64,000 bases of DNA. It comes from an uncultured Spirochaetota bacterium (GTDB lineage Bacteria; Spirochaetota; Brevinematia; Brevinematales; JAOACQ01). A program made the position numbers and the translations under genes. Under the pieces are notes generated by a model that had not been told where the DNA came from, made no database searches, and saw nothing but the letters and a program-made list of their open reading frames with translations. The stretch is taken from positions 128,001 through 192,000 of the forward strand of contig CAWAOD010000009.1 of NCBI GenBank assembly GCA_963783575.1. Reading direction: 5' to 3'. Shown here piece by piece: positions 9,813 to 20,074 of the stretch (its first letter is position 1; every line of letters begins with the position of its first letter).

Positions 9813-10841
9813 TTATCCGAATAAATTTTTTCCAACTCCGATAACCGGAGCAATTTTTTTAATCTCATACATCATTGTAACAAATTTTTTAGGCTTTAAA
9901 GACTGAGCCCCATCAGAAAATGCCTTTTCCGGTTCATGATGAACCTCCACCATAATTCCATCCGCTCCCGCAACAATACCTGCAAGAGCCATCGGTATAA
10001 CATACTGCCATTTACCTGAAGCATGGCTCGGATCGACTATAATCGGCAAATGAGATCTTTCTTTTATAACCGGAATGGCTATCAAATCCAGGGTATTTCT
10101 TGTCGCTGTTTCAAATGTTCTGATTCCTCTCTCGCAGAGTATCACTTCCTTATTACCTTCCGACATTATATATTCGGCCGACATAAGCCATTCTTCAATA
10201 GTCTGGGACATCCCCCTTTTTAAAACGACTGGGTGCTTCAATTTTCCTACTTCCTTCAATAACGCAAAATTTTGAGCATTCCGAGTCCCGATTTGAAGGA
10301 CATCAACGTACTCCGCAATCAATTCAACAGTGGACGTATCCATCACTTCAGATATTGTCGGCATTCCGAATTCAATTCCAGCCTTTTTTAAAAGTTTTAA
10401 TCCGTCTTCACCCATCCCCTGAAATACGTAAGGGGAAGTTCTCGGCTTAAATGCTCCGCCTCTTAGAAAATTTGCTCCGGCATCTTTGACAGTTTTAGAG
10501 ATAGTCATCATCTGTTCTTCACTTTCTATACTGCAGGGTCCCGCTATAATAGCGATATTGCCCCCACCGACCTTTACTCCTTTAACATTGATAACAGTAT
10601 CATCAGGATGAAAGTCCCTGCTGGCAATTTTATAAGGTTTTGAAACCTGTACAATCGACTCTACACTTGCAAGCGATTCAAGCGGCGTATCAGCAAGCCT
10701 GGTTTTATCCCCGATTACACCTATTATTGTCTGCTGTTCGCCCATGGAAATGTTTGTCTTTAAACCGGCTTTTTCAATCATTCCGACAATATGGTCAATC
10801 TCTTCCTTTGTAACGGTTGGTTTCAGAACTATTATCATCAT
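9813..10841 (-). CDS. aroF: DAHP synthase type I-beta with N-terminal regulatory domain
   Basis: IAGPCSIE, RGGAFKPRTSPY, LCERGIRTFE, DPSH. Confidence 0.95.
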   Translation of the reverse strand: MMIIVLKPTVTKEEIDHIVGMIEKAGLKTNISMGEQQTIIGVIGDKTRLADTPLESLASVESIVQVSKPYKIASRDFHPDDTVINVKGVKVGGGNIAIIAGPCSIESEEQMMTISKTVKDAGANFLRGGAFKPRTSPYVFQGMGEDGLKLLKKAGIEFGMPTISEVMDTSTVELIAEYVDVLQIGTRNAQNFALLKEVGKLKHPVVLKRGMSQTIEEWLMSAEYIMSEGNKEVILCERGIRTFETATRNTLDLIAIPVIKERSHLPIIVDPSHASGKWQYVIPMALAGIVAGADGIMVEVHHEPEKAFSDGAQSLKPKKFVTMMYEIKKIAPVIGVGKNLFG

Positions 10842-11059
10842 TGGCTCCCCGATTTTCTAAATTATTTCTTAAATAAATTATTATTCTATTACTCAATTCC
10901 AGACTTTTAATAGAACTATAATTATAAAAAATAAAATGAAAAATTACAACAAACGGTTACCCCCGAGTTATGTTTGGTCACAAAACCGAAGATAATATTT
11001 TGTTTTTTTTATAAAATAAACTATAATATTTTGTGGTAAATTTTTTATGGGGTGTATTT

Positions 11060-12967
11060 ATGGCTGTTATTGAAAAAAGCGGATCTTTAAACAAAAAAAA
11101 TGATGCGGGCGAATTCAATATTTATACTATAATCATAGCTTTAATAATACTATTTCTGTCAATCATCCCTTTTATAAGGAATTATAAGTATAATGACATT
11201 CATCTGGCCTGGCTCAATCATGATTATGGTAAAAATCTGATGACCTCAACCGAAGAAGGTTCTGTTTTTATGACCGAGGGCGGTGATAACCAGGTTTTTT
11301 CGACTCTATATTTTATGTATGCCGAAAAACTAAGGCCGGATCTTGCCCCTTATGATCAGAAAGGGAATATTTTTAAGAGAATTTACGGTGATATGAGGTA
11401 TATAGATCCAAAAACCCTTGAAAGGAGAATGCAGCTTGTGGATTCGCACCTCTTCGCGGGAGAAGAGCCTTTTTATGTAAACATCCGTGACAGAGCCGAT
11501 CCATATTTTATACCTTACTGGCAGGGCAGAAGGCCGGTTTATTTGACATGGGAGAGGCCTGAACCCTGGACATTAAGCCTTGGCGTCGGCAGCCCGCCTA
11601 TTATAGGTCAAAAACAAAATTCAATAGAAGATAATTATGGCGATTATTACTATAAAAGATATGGAATAATGTACAAAGTGCAGAATATACAATACGAGCT
11701 TGTGGATTATCTTGAATTAAAAAAGGAAATATCAGTATCCGACGCCGAGTCGCAGCTTTCTTCATGGCTGCACAGGACTGTCGATTTAAAGTTCACAATC
11801 GATAAAATAAATGAAATGGTTCGTGAAGGTTATCTAAGGCTGGCGGGAGACAGGGTAATATTCATAAAAATGTATGATCCGCCGCATAAAGGCGACTATT
11901 TTGACAAATTCCTGCTGCGCTGGCACGATGCACCCAACGCCATGTACTGGGATGTTCTTACAAGGGAAATAATTATAAATTATGATTATCAAATGGGTGA
12001 AATATACAGGGGAAAGGTAGGCGAACTCCAGGATATTAAGAGCAGGGAAAAAAGACCCGAAATTCTTGCCGAAATTGATAAAAGGATTAAAGAAAATTGG
12101 ACACTGGCTAAAAGCTTTTATAACGACTCCCTTATATATGGGTTTGACTCAATATCAACACTTCATAACCTTGCTGTGGTATATATGAGAAACGGCCTTG
12201 AAAACCTCGATGAAAAAGCACGGGAACTTCTTACTAGAGCCTTAACTCTATACGCAAACTCCTGGGGAACCTATTCACTGATGTTCAGCCTTCTAATCAA
12301 CGATATGTTCAAAAACCCGGCCGATGAATCCAGGAATATGAAGGAAATCGACATGTGGATGAACCAGCTTAAAGTTAATTTAACACATTACCGCTCTGCA
12401 GGCGGTGATTATACAAAAAACAGCGTTTGGGGAAACTTCTCAGGTTTGGATAATTTTATCAACCAGCTCAGACAGGTCCCTTTATCTCAGCTTAACGGCA
12501 TGGTCGATGAACTTTCCAGGCAGATCAAAGTTTCACCTAAAAATATAGATAATAACCTTAGCCAGCAGGCTTTAACCCTTCTCTACTCCAGGGGCATTCC
12601 ATTCGGATACCAGCCATATATTAAAAAAGCCGATGAATTATTAGATCAGTTGTTAATGATAAAAAAAGACGACCAGAATTTTATTATTTGGGCTTTCAGT
12701 ATCTGCCTTCAGATACAAAAGCTGGATAAAGCTTATGAAATAGGCAAAGATATGGAAAGATTAAATAAGGATATCCCCGATCCTTCATTTTATTATTCGA
12801 TGGGAATGATAAGCTATAATCTTAAGAAACCGGTTGATACGGTAACTTATCTTAATAAATTCCTGGACAAAATAAAAACAGACAGAAAAGCACAGATTCA
12901 ATTGAGAGAACCGGTACAGAATGCTAATAATGTACTGTCACAGTTAAAAAAAGCGGGGTTAAAATAA
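11060..12967 (+). CDS. Membrane-anchored protein resembling the C-terminal part of DUF2723/TMEM260-like glycosyltransferases, with TPR-like tail (copy 1)
   Basis: One TM helix, then HDYGKNLM...VFMTEGGDNQVFSTLY...RPDL; helical C-terminus. Confidence 0.6.
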   Translation: MAVIEKSGSLNKKNDAGEFNIYTIIIALIILFLSIIPFIRNYKYNDIHLAWLNHDYGKNLMTSTEEGSVFMTEGGDNQVFSTLYFMYAEKLRPDLAPYDQKGNIFKRIYGDMRYIDPKTLERRMQLVDSHLFAGEEPFYVNIRDRADPYFIPYWQGRRPVYLTWERPEPWTLSLGVGSPPIIGQKQNSIEDNYGDYYYKRYGIMYKVQNIQYELVDYLELKKEISVSDAESQLSSWLHRTVDLKFTIDKINEMVREGYLRLAGDRVIFIKMYDPPHKGDYFDKFLLRWHDAPNAMYWDVLTREIIINYDYQMGEIYRGKVGELQDIKSREKRPEILAEIDKRIKENWTLAKSFYNDSLIYGFDSISTLHNLAVVYMRNGLENLDEKARELLTRALTLYANSWGTYSLMFSLLINDMFKNPADESRNMKEIDMWMNQLKVNLTHYRSAGGDYTKNSVWGNFSGLDNFINQLRQVPLSQLNGMVDELSRQIKVSPKNIDNNLSQQALTLLYSRGIPFGYQPYIKKADELLDQLLMIKKDDQNFIIWAFSICLQIQKLDKAYEIGKDMERLNKDIPDPSFYYSMGMISYNLKKPVDTVTYLNKFLDKIKTDRKAQIQLREPVQNANNVLSQLKKAGLK

Positions 12968-13001
12968 ATATTCTATAATAAATTTTAGATAGGGAGCGTT
13001 T

Positions 13002-14917
13002 ATGAATATTATAGAAAAAAACAGGTCCCTGAACAAAAAAGATGACGCCGGTGAAATCAATATTTAACTATAATTATAGGTGTAGTGATACTAATCCTTT
13101 CGATCATTCCTTTCATAAGGAATTATAAGTATAATGACATCCATCTGAACTGGGTTACTCATGATTATGGTAAAAACCTTATGTCATCAACCGAGGAAGA
13201 CTCTGTTTTTATGACCGAAGGTGATGATAACCAGGTTTTTTCGACGCTTTATTTTATGTATGCCGAAAAACTCAGACCTGATCTTACTCCTTACGATCAG
13301 ATGGGGAATATTTTTAAACTGATCTATGGCGATATCAGGGTTGTAGGCCAGCTTTACCCTCAAATAGTCAGTCCCAGAAAAAAGCTTGTGGATTCTCACC
13401 TTTTTGCCGGTGAAGAGCCTTTTTATAAGGACCCCCGGGATAATGCCGATCCCTATTTTATTCCTTACTGGGAGGGCAGAAAACCTGTATACCTCACATG
13501 GGAAAGGCCGGATCCCTGGAGCCTAAGCCTTGGAACAGGCAATCCTCCCGTTACCGTTCAACAGCAAAATTCAATTGAAGATAATTACGGTGATTATTAT
13601 TACAAAAGATATGGAATTATGTATAAAGTGCAGAATATTCAGTATGAACTTGTGGATTATCTTAAGTTAAAAAAGGAAATATCAATTTCCGATGCGCAAT
13701 CTCAACTTTCAGCATGGCTGCATCATTCTGTCGGCTTAAAGTTCACCCTTGAAAAAATACAAGAAATGACAAAGCAAGGGTATCTAAGCCTGGAAGGAGA
13801 CAGGGTAATTTTCATAAAAATGTATGATCAGCCCCATAATGGCGATTATTTTGAAAAATTTCCCCTGCGTTGGCATGATGCACCCAACGCTAAATACTGG
13901 GATATGATGACAAGGGGAATAATCAGCAATTATGATTTTCAGATGGGCGAACTTTACAGGCAGAAAATCAACGAATTGCAGGATATAAAAAGCCGGGAAA
14001 AAAGACCGGAGATTCTTACCGGGATTGATAAAAGTATTAAAGAAAACTGGGCGCTTGCAAAAAGTTTTTATGACGACGCCCTTATATATGGTTATGATTC
14101 CATATTCATTCTGAATAATCTGGCCCTGGCATATATGAGGAACGGTCTGGAAAACCTCGATGATAAAGCCAGGGAGCTTCTTACCAGGGCATTGAAATTT
14201 TACACAAATTCATGGGGAACCTATCCATTGATGTTCAGCCTACTTATAAACGAAATTTTTAAAAACCCGGCCAATGAATCGGTGAACATGAAGGAAATCG
14301 ACATGTGGATGAACCAGCTTAAATCTACCCTTACCCACTACCGTTCTTCGGGCGATGATTATACAAAAAACAGCAACTGGGGGAACTTCACCGGTTTGGA
14401 TAATTTTATCAATCAATTAAAACAGGTCCCATTATCACAGCTTAACGGCATGGTTGACGAACTTTCCAGGCAGATAAAAGTTTCGCCAATGAATATAGAC
14501 AACTACCTGAGTCAGCAGGCTTTAGCCCTCCTCTATTCCAGAGGAATCCAATTCGGCTACCAGCCATATATTAAAAAAGCCGATGATTTATTTAACCAGT
14601 TATTACTAATAAAAAAAGACGATCAGAATTTTATTATCTGGGCTTTCAGCATCTGCCTACAGATGCAGAAATTGGACAAAGCTTATGAAATAGGCAAAGA
14701 TTTGGAAAAAGTTAATTCGGAAATTCCCGACCCTTCTTTTTATTATACGATGGGAATGATTAGCTATAATAATAAAAGAAAGGCAGACACATTATTATAT
14801 CTTGATAAATTCCTGGATAAAATCAAAACCGTCAGAAAAGCTCAGATCCAATTGAGAGAACCGATACAGAATGCCAACAATGTCCTGTCACAGTTAAAAA
14901 ACCCTGATTTAAAATAA
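13002..14917 (+). CDS. Tandem paralog of 11060..12967 (copy 2), 1-nt deletion near 13067
   Basis: Colinear high similarity; ATG 13002 (MNIIEKNRSLNKKDDAGEINI) matches the copy 1 N-terminus, but tat-act has become ta-act. Confidence 0.75.
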
Positions 14918-14931
14918 TATCTTATATAGAA

Positions 14932-14961
14932 AAGGGCTGCCTTAAATTTGAGGCAGCCCTT
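14932..14961. terminator. Hairpin terminator between convergent genes
   Basis: aagggctgccttaaatttgaggcagccctt. Confidence 0.75.
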
Positions 14962-14971
14962 AAATTGTATC

Positions 14972-16495
14972 TTATTTCTTTAAGTTCTTTTCGGTATATG
15001 TAATCTTATTCAGTGCGTTCATATAAGCCCTGGCGCTTGCAATGAGGATATCGGTGCTTGCCGCATGACCGGAATAAACCAGGTCGTTATACTTTAAGCT
15101 TAAATTCACCTCACCCATCGCATCCTTTCCGATAGAAACTGAGGCTATGTTATAATCCTCAAGGATTACCTGTATTCCTACAATCCTATCGATCGCTTTA
15201 TAAATAGCGTCAACCGGACCATTGCCTGTTGAAGATTCACGGGTCAATCTTCCCGCTTTCTTTATCTCGACAGTTGCCGTAGGTATTGCGTTATTGCCGC
15301 TCATAATCTGCACATTGGAAATAAAATATGTATCCGGAATGTTAATTCCAACATTGTCTTCTAATATTATGAATAGTTCATCGTCATAAACAGCCTTTTT
15401 CTTGTCGGCAATTTCGGTGAATTTTTCAAAAACCTTGTCAAAATCTTCCTTATTCAATTCATATCCCAATTCTTTAAGCCTGGCCAGCAGTCCATGTTTC
15501 CCCGAATGCCTGCCCAAGACGATTTCAGAGCTAGGCCTGCCTATCTGCTGTGGGGTCATAATTTCATAAGTACTTCTCTCTTTTAAAACACCGTCCTGAT
15601 GAATCCCGGCTTCATGGGAAAAAGCGTTTTTCCCGACAATGGCCTTATTCGGCTGCACCTGGATGCCGGTTATGGCTGTGAGGAGTTTACTGGCCTTGTA
15701 AATTTCCTGGGTATTGATATCGGTTGTATATTTCAAAATATCCTTCCGGATTGCCAGTGCCATTATGAATTCTTCAAAAGAAGCATTCCCGGCTCTTTCA
15801 CCTATGCCGTTTACAGAAACCTCAACCTGCCTGACTCCCGCTTCAACCGCGGCAATAGAGTTCGCAACGGCAAGCCCAAGATCGTTATGGCAGTGCACGC
15901 TTATGACAGCTTTGTCAATATTCGCGACTTTCCGCCGTATTGTGGAAATTATCTTTGTAAATTCGCTTGGTACGGTATAACCTACGGTATCCGGAATATT
16001 GACAGTTGAAGCCCCGGCTTCGATTACTGCTTCCACAACCTCGCAGAGGTATTCAAGTTCGGTTCTTGTTGCGTCTTCTGCGGAAAATTCCACATCATCC
16101 GCAAATTGTCTTGCGTATTTCACGGCGTGAACGGCCGCTTTTAATACTTCATCCTTCGTTTTTTTCAGCTTAAATTCCCTGTGAATCGGGGAGGTCGCAA
16201 TGAAAGTGTGAATCCTCATCCTATCTGCTCCCTTGAGCGCTTTTGCCGCAGCATCAATATCGCCGTCCACTGCCCTCGCTAAAGAGGCGATCACCGGCTT
16301 ACGGACTTCATTGACAATCATACGGATCGCATCGAACTGAACAGGCGATGAAACGGCAAAACCGGCCTCGATAATATTTACGTTCAGCAGCTCAAGCTGT
16401 TTTGCAAACCTCAGCTTGTCGGCCTGACTCATACTTGCGCCGGGCGACTGTTCCCCGTCCCTTAAAGTCGTATCAAAAATAACTATATTATTCAT
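14972..16495 (-). CDS. leuA: 2-isopropylmalate synthase
   Basis: FDTTLRDGEQSPG, HCHNDLG, GERAGN, HEAGIHQDG, GNGPVDA regulatory domain. Confidence 0.97.
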   Translation of the reverse strand: MNNIVIFDTTLRDGEQSPGASMSQADKLRFAKQLELLNVNIIEAGFAVSSPVQFDAIRMIVNEVRKPVIASLARAVDGDIDAAAKALKGADRMRIHTFIATSPIHREFKLKKTKDEVLKAAVHAVKYARQFADDVEFSAEDATRTELEYLCEVVEAVIEAGASTVNIPDTVGYTVPSEFTKIISTIRRKVANIDKAVISVHCHNDLGLAVANSIAAVEAGVRQVEVSVNGIGERAGNASFEEFIMALAIRKDILKYTTDINTQEIYKASKLLTAITGIQVQPNKAIVGKNAFSHEAGIHQDGVLKERSTYEIMTPQQIGRPSSEIVLGRHSGKHGLLARLKELGYELNKEDFDKVFEKFTEIADKKKAVYDDELFIILEDNVGINIPDTYFISNVQIMSGNNAIPTATVEIKKAGRLTRESSTGNGPVDAIYKAIDRIVGIQVILEDYNIASVSIGKDAMGEVNLSLKYNDLVYSGHAASTDILIASARAYMNALNKITYTEKNLKK

Positions 16496-16733
16496 AAAAT
16501 TCTCCTTCATATTATATATACTGAAAACCTTTAAGCAAAACTAACACTTTATACAACAATAAAAACTCAATTTATTTGGGCTGCCGCCCTAGAATATTTG
16601 ATAAAAGAAGTGTAAAACTTGAGAAGCCGTTTATATTCTGACTATTCCTGTTAAATCGGTGAAAAGCCCCATGAAAGCTCTCCTGAAATTTGATGCATTA
16701 TTATAATTATTATCGAAAAATAAATCAAATAGT

Positions 16734-17147
16734 TTATGTTTTTTTGTTCCATTCAACTTCCACCAGAACACCGATACCCCCGCGGCTGCTCCAGTTTGCA
16801 ATAATTTTTATCCAGCGGGGTTTTACAGCCAAAACAAAATCATCCAGGATTTTATTCGCGGCATGCTCCTGGAATATCCCCAGGTTCCTGTACCCGGTCA
16901 GGTAAAGCTTCAAACTTTTTTCCTCCACAAGATATTCCCCCGGGATATATCTTATTATAAGTTCGGCAAAATCGGGGAGTCCCGTTTTCGGACATACAGT
17001 TGACAATTCGGCCGTTTTCAATTCGACAATATAATCCCTGTCCGGATACATATTTTTTATTACTTCCAGATCAGGTTCGATCCTTATTTCACGGATATCA
17101 TCCTGCCTATCATTATAACCGGATGTATCCCACGCTTGACTTTTCAT
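16734..17147 (-). CDS. queF: preQ0 reductase
   Basis: CPKTGLPDFA, EKSLKLYL, FQEH, RGGI. Confidence 0.92.
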   Translation of the reverse strand: MKSQAWDTSGYNDRQDDIREIRIEPDLEVIKNMYPDRDYIVELKTAELSTVCPKTGLPDFAELIIRYIPGEYLVEEKSLKLYLTGYRNLGIFQEHAANKILDDFVLAVKPRWIKIIANWSSRGGIGVLVEVEWNKKT

Positions 17148-17169
17148 ATATAATCCTTCTTTATATTAT

Positions 17170-18102
17170 TTAATATTTTGCCGGTAATAAATACCCGTCC
17201 TGCCTGATTTTTTCGCGGATGCCTTTAAAATGGAAACAGTAGCCGTTGTAACGGACGGTTGCTATGGCTTTATCTACCTGTCCCGAACCAATCAGGGCTT
17301 TTATCTTCTCATAGAACGCCCAGGATTTCAAATATTCTTCATCAAACAAACGGTCGGAAAGCCAGTAAAATGATTTTCCTATCATAGCCATCATTTTAAC
17401 GGAAAAAGTGGGGTATTTCCTGTAAAAAACAACGGAAGCCTGCCCTTCGACAAACCTGTCATTAAAAAATTCCAGGATATTTTCCCTGCCGAAATCTCCT
17501 TCATAATGCCGGACAAAAGCCTCCTTAATAAGCCGTTTCGGCTTAAGGCCTATCTTTATCAGTCTGAGTCCAAGATCCAGGTCTTCCCAGCCTTTTTTAA
17601 ATATTTTATCGTCAAAATACCCTGCTTTTTCAACAAATTTTTTTAAAACCGAAACATTTGCCGTATCGAAGAAAGAACGTGAATAATGCCAGTAGTTGAA
17701 AGGAGCGCTGTAAGCCTCTTTAAGGTCAATGATCCTGACAAGCTGTCCCTGAACTATCCGGCGGGGGTATTTTGTATGATAATAAACATGTGTTTCCACC
17801 AATTCCGGCGGTGAAATAACATCACTGTCGATAAAAAGAAGGACATCGCCGGTGGAATTTTTTATGCCTGTGTTTCTGGCCCCGGCCGGTCCGGCATTTT
17901 CCTGGCGGATATATTTGATTTTACCCGGCGATGCGGCTCCAAGCTCTTTCATTATTTCAGGAGTATTATCGGTCGAACCGTCATCTACAACAACTATTTC
18001 ATAATTGGAATAAGTCTGGTTTAAAAGGCTTCCTGCCGAATACTTTAATATGAAACCACGATTGTAAGCCGGCATTATTATCGAAACTTTATATTCAGGC
18101 AT
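17170..18102 (-). CDS. Glycosyltransferase family 2
   Basis: SIIMPAYN, VDDGSTD, ARNTG, FIDSD, GWEDLDLG. Confidence 0.92.
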   Translation of the reverse strand: MPEYKVSIIMPAYNRGFILKYSAGSLLNQTYSNYEIVVVDDGSTDNTPEIMKELGAASPGKIKYIRQENAGPAGARNTGIKNSTGDVLLFIDSDVISPPELVETHVYYHTKYPRRIVQGQLVRIIDLKEAYSAPFNYWHYSRSFFDTANVSVLKKFVEKAGYFDDKIFKKGWEDLDLGLRLIKIGLKPKRLIKEAFVRHYEGDFGRENILEFFNDRFVEGQASVVFYRKYPTFSVKMMAMIGKSFYWLSDRLFDEEYLKSWAFYEKIKALIGSGQVDKAIATVRYNGYCFHFKGIREKIRQDGYLLPAKY

Positions 18103-19354
18103 TGGATTTATTCTCCTGTTCTATAGATAATTGATTTTGACTTTTATATCCGATATTCCGGTTCTGCGATAATCCTGCGGCAATCCAGATAAACAAAGCA
18201 ATCGGAACTGTATATAATACGGCGTCAAAAATGGAATTGACAAGAAAAGCCCCAAGCAGAACAACCCCATTGAGAGTGTTCGGTGTCCAGGAACCGGAAT
18301 TATTTTTAATTAATTTGATAATAAGAAAAATTATAAAACCGAAAAACGATAGAAATCCAAGAAGTCCGGTCTCAGCAAGGATTGAAAGATAATTATTATG
18401 AATATAAGGAACTTTTACATAATCGCTGCTGCCGGAATAATTTTTTTCGAAATCATACTGAAAATTTAAAAGTCCAATTCCCCATAAAGGGTTATTCCTG
18501 AAAAAGCTATCAATGCCGGCTTTGTACTGAAGCATTCTTCCAGGGACATTCAACGAATTCATTGGATTTTTTAATGTATTTCCAATTTTTTTATTGGGTA
18601 GAAATATAAGAATAATTCCCAGAATAAGTATTACAACAAGAATTCTGTATCTTTTTGTAATTATCACGGTTACCAGCACTGACACTCCAATAAAAATCAT
18701 AGCCGAACGAGTTAATGTTAATACCGCCGTATAGATTGATATGAGTAGCGCCAAACTGAACAATGTTTTCTCCCATATCTTCATATTATTAAAATTGAAT
18801 GAAAGAAAAGAAAGAACGAAAGTCATAACAATGGCTATTAAATTACCACCGACCGCGGGATGTTCGAAGATCGATATGAGCGGTTTATCTGAAAGCCATG
18901 GATGGATTGACATAATTTTAAGGGTTCCAATATAAATCGTTCTTTGGATAATATAGTAATGAATCAGCGCAAATCCGCACCAAATTATCAAAGAAACGGC
19001 AATCTCCACTATCATTTTCTTATAAAACACCTCATCCATTAAAATATTCTTAAAATAAAAATAAACAATAAAATAAAGAATAAAAACAGCTGCTCCGCTG
19101 AATGCTTCCGTTTTATGCTTTGCAAAAACCGAGCTGATAATAGATGCAACTAGAAATGCGGCCAGAAAATAATCGGCATATCCCCAAGAAAGACTTTCCC
19201 ATTTATTTGCAATAATTAAAAATATTATATAAAGCAATAATGATGCATACAAAAAAATCTGAAACGGAGTCGCTAGAAGGCTTACACAGAGCATCGCCAA
19301 TAGAAAAAATCTATTAAAAAGCAGAACAGGGTTTCTTTTCAGAGTAAGTGTCAT
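18095..19354 (-). CDS. O-antigen ligase family membrane protein
   Basis: Multi-TM; TLTRSA, WGIG, HNNYLSILAETGLLG. Confidence 0.88.
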   Translation of the reverse strand: MTLTLKRNPVLLFNRFFLLAMLCVSLLATPFQIFLYASLLLYIIFLIIANKWESLSWGYADYFLAAFLVASIISSVFAKHKTEAFSGAAVFILYFIVYFYFKNILMDEVFYKKMIVEIAVSLIIWCGFALIHYYIIQRTIYIGTLKIMSIHPWLSDKPLISIFEHPAVGGNLIAIVMTFVLSFLSFNFNNMKIWEKTLFSLALLISIYTAVLTLTRSAMIFIGVSVLVTVIITKRYRILVVILILGIILIFLPNKKIGNTLKNPMNSLNVPGRMLQYKAGIDSFFRNNPLWGIGLLNFQYDFEKNYSGSSDYVKVPYIHNNYLSILAETGLLGFLSFFGFIIFLIIKLIKNNSGSWTPNTLNGVVLLGAFLVNSIFDAVLYTVPIALFIWIAAGLSQNRNIGYKSQNQLSIEQENKSNA

Positions 19355-19409
19355 AAAAAGACCTCTTTTTTATTTTATAATATGGAAAGAAAAAAAGGAA
19401 ATAATTGTA

Positions 19410-19462
19410 TTTTCATAATCTTTAGATTTTTCATAATCTTTAGATTTTTCAAATCTTTGATT
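19410..19462. repeat. 18-bp tandem repeat (two exact copies plus one degenerate) in a divergent intergenic region
   Basis: ttttcataatctttagat at 19410 and 19428, then ttttcaaatctttgatt. Confidence 0.85.
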
Positions 19463-19537
19463 ATTTAAAATCATCATCTATTTGATTTTTTTTTAATATA
19501 GCATTAAATTATTGTTAGGTAAAATAAAGGAGTTAAC

Positions 19538-20074
19538 ATGATTAAGAATAAATTGCTGGATATTTTAGCTTATTTTCAAAAAAATAAAAGAAAATGGATA
19601 TTAATGACAGTAGACAAACTGTTTTTTGAAGCTCAAACCGACCGTTATTTTCTGATATTGAAAGCTTCAGGCAAATACAGGAATGAAACTGTTTTCATTA
19701 CCATCGGCAATATGTTTGATGAGAGTGTCCTCACGAATCTTTTTTTTAAAAACGAAAGCACCAAAAAGATGTTTCAGAAACTTGGCATAGGTATTAAGAA
19801 AATCAGGATATTAAAAAAAGTTAATTCCGAAGATTCGGCGGAATGCATATTGAAAATAGGAATGGCAATAAGAAGAATTAAAATTTCAACTGTCGATGCC
19901 GTACGTATGGCTTCGGAATACAATAAAAATATCGAAGTACCGCAGGATATTGTTAAAGCCGATAAATTCGATCTTGCAGAGTATTCAAATATGTACTCCA
20001 GGGTATATAACAATATTTTTTCCACCAAATTCATCGAAAGAGATTTTTACAACAGCAATGAGGTGATTATGTGA
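19538..20074 (+). CDS. Divergent bifunctional-nuclease (DUF151)-like protein
   Basis: LILKASG...ITIG and STVDAVRMA patterns resemble DUF151; AAGGAG RBS. Confidence 0.4.
   Translation: MIKNKLLDILAYFQKNKRKWILMTVDKLFFEAQTDRYFLILKASGKYRNETVFITIGNMFDESVLTNLFFKNESTKKMFQKLGIGIKKIRILKKVNSEDSAECILKIGMAIRRIKISTVDAVRMASEYNKNIEVPQDIVKADKFDLAEYSNMYSRVYNNIFSTKFIERDFYNSNEVIM

Noticed and set aside
17148..17169. preQ1 riboswitch before queF
   Set aside because: The intergenic gap is only 22 nt and has no motif
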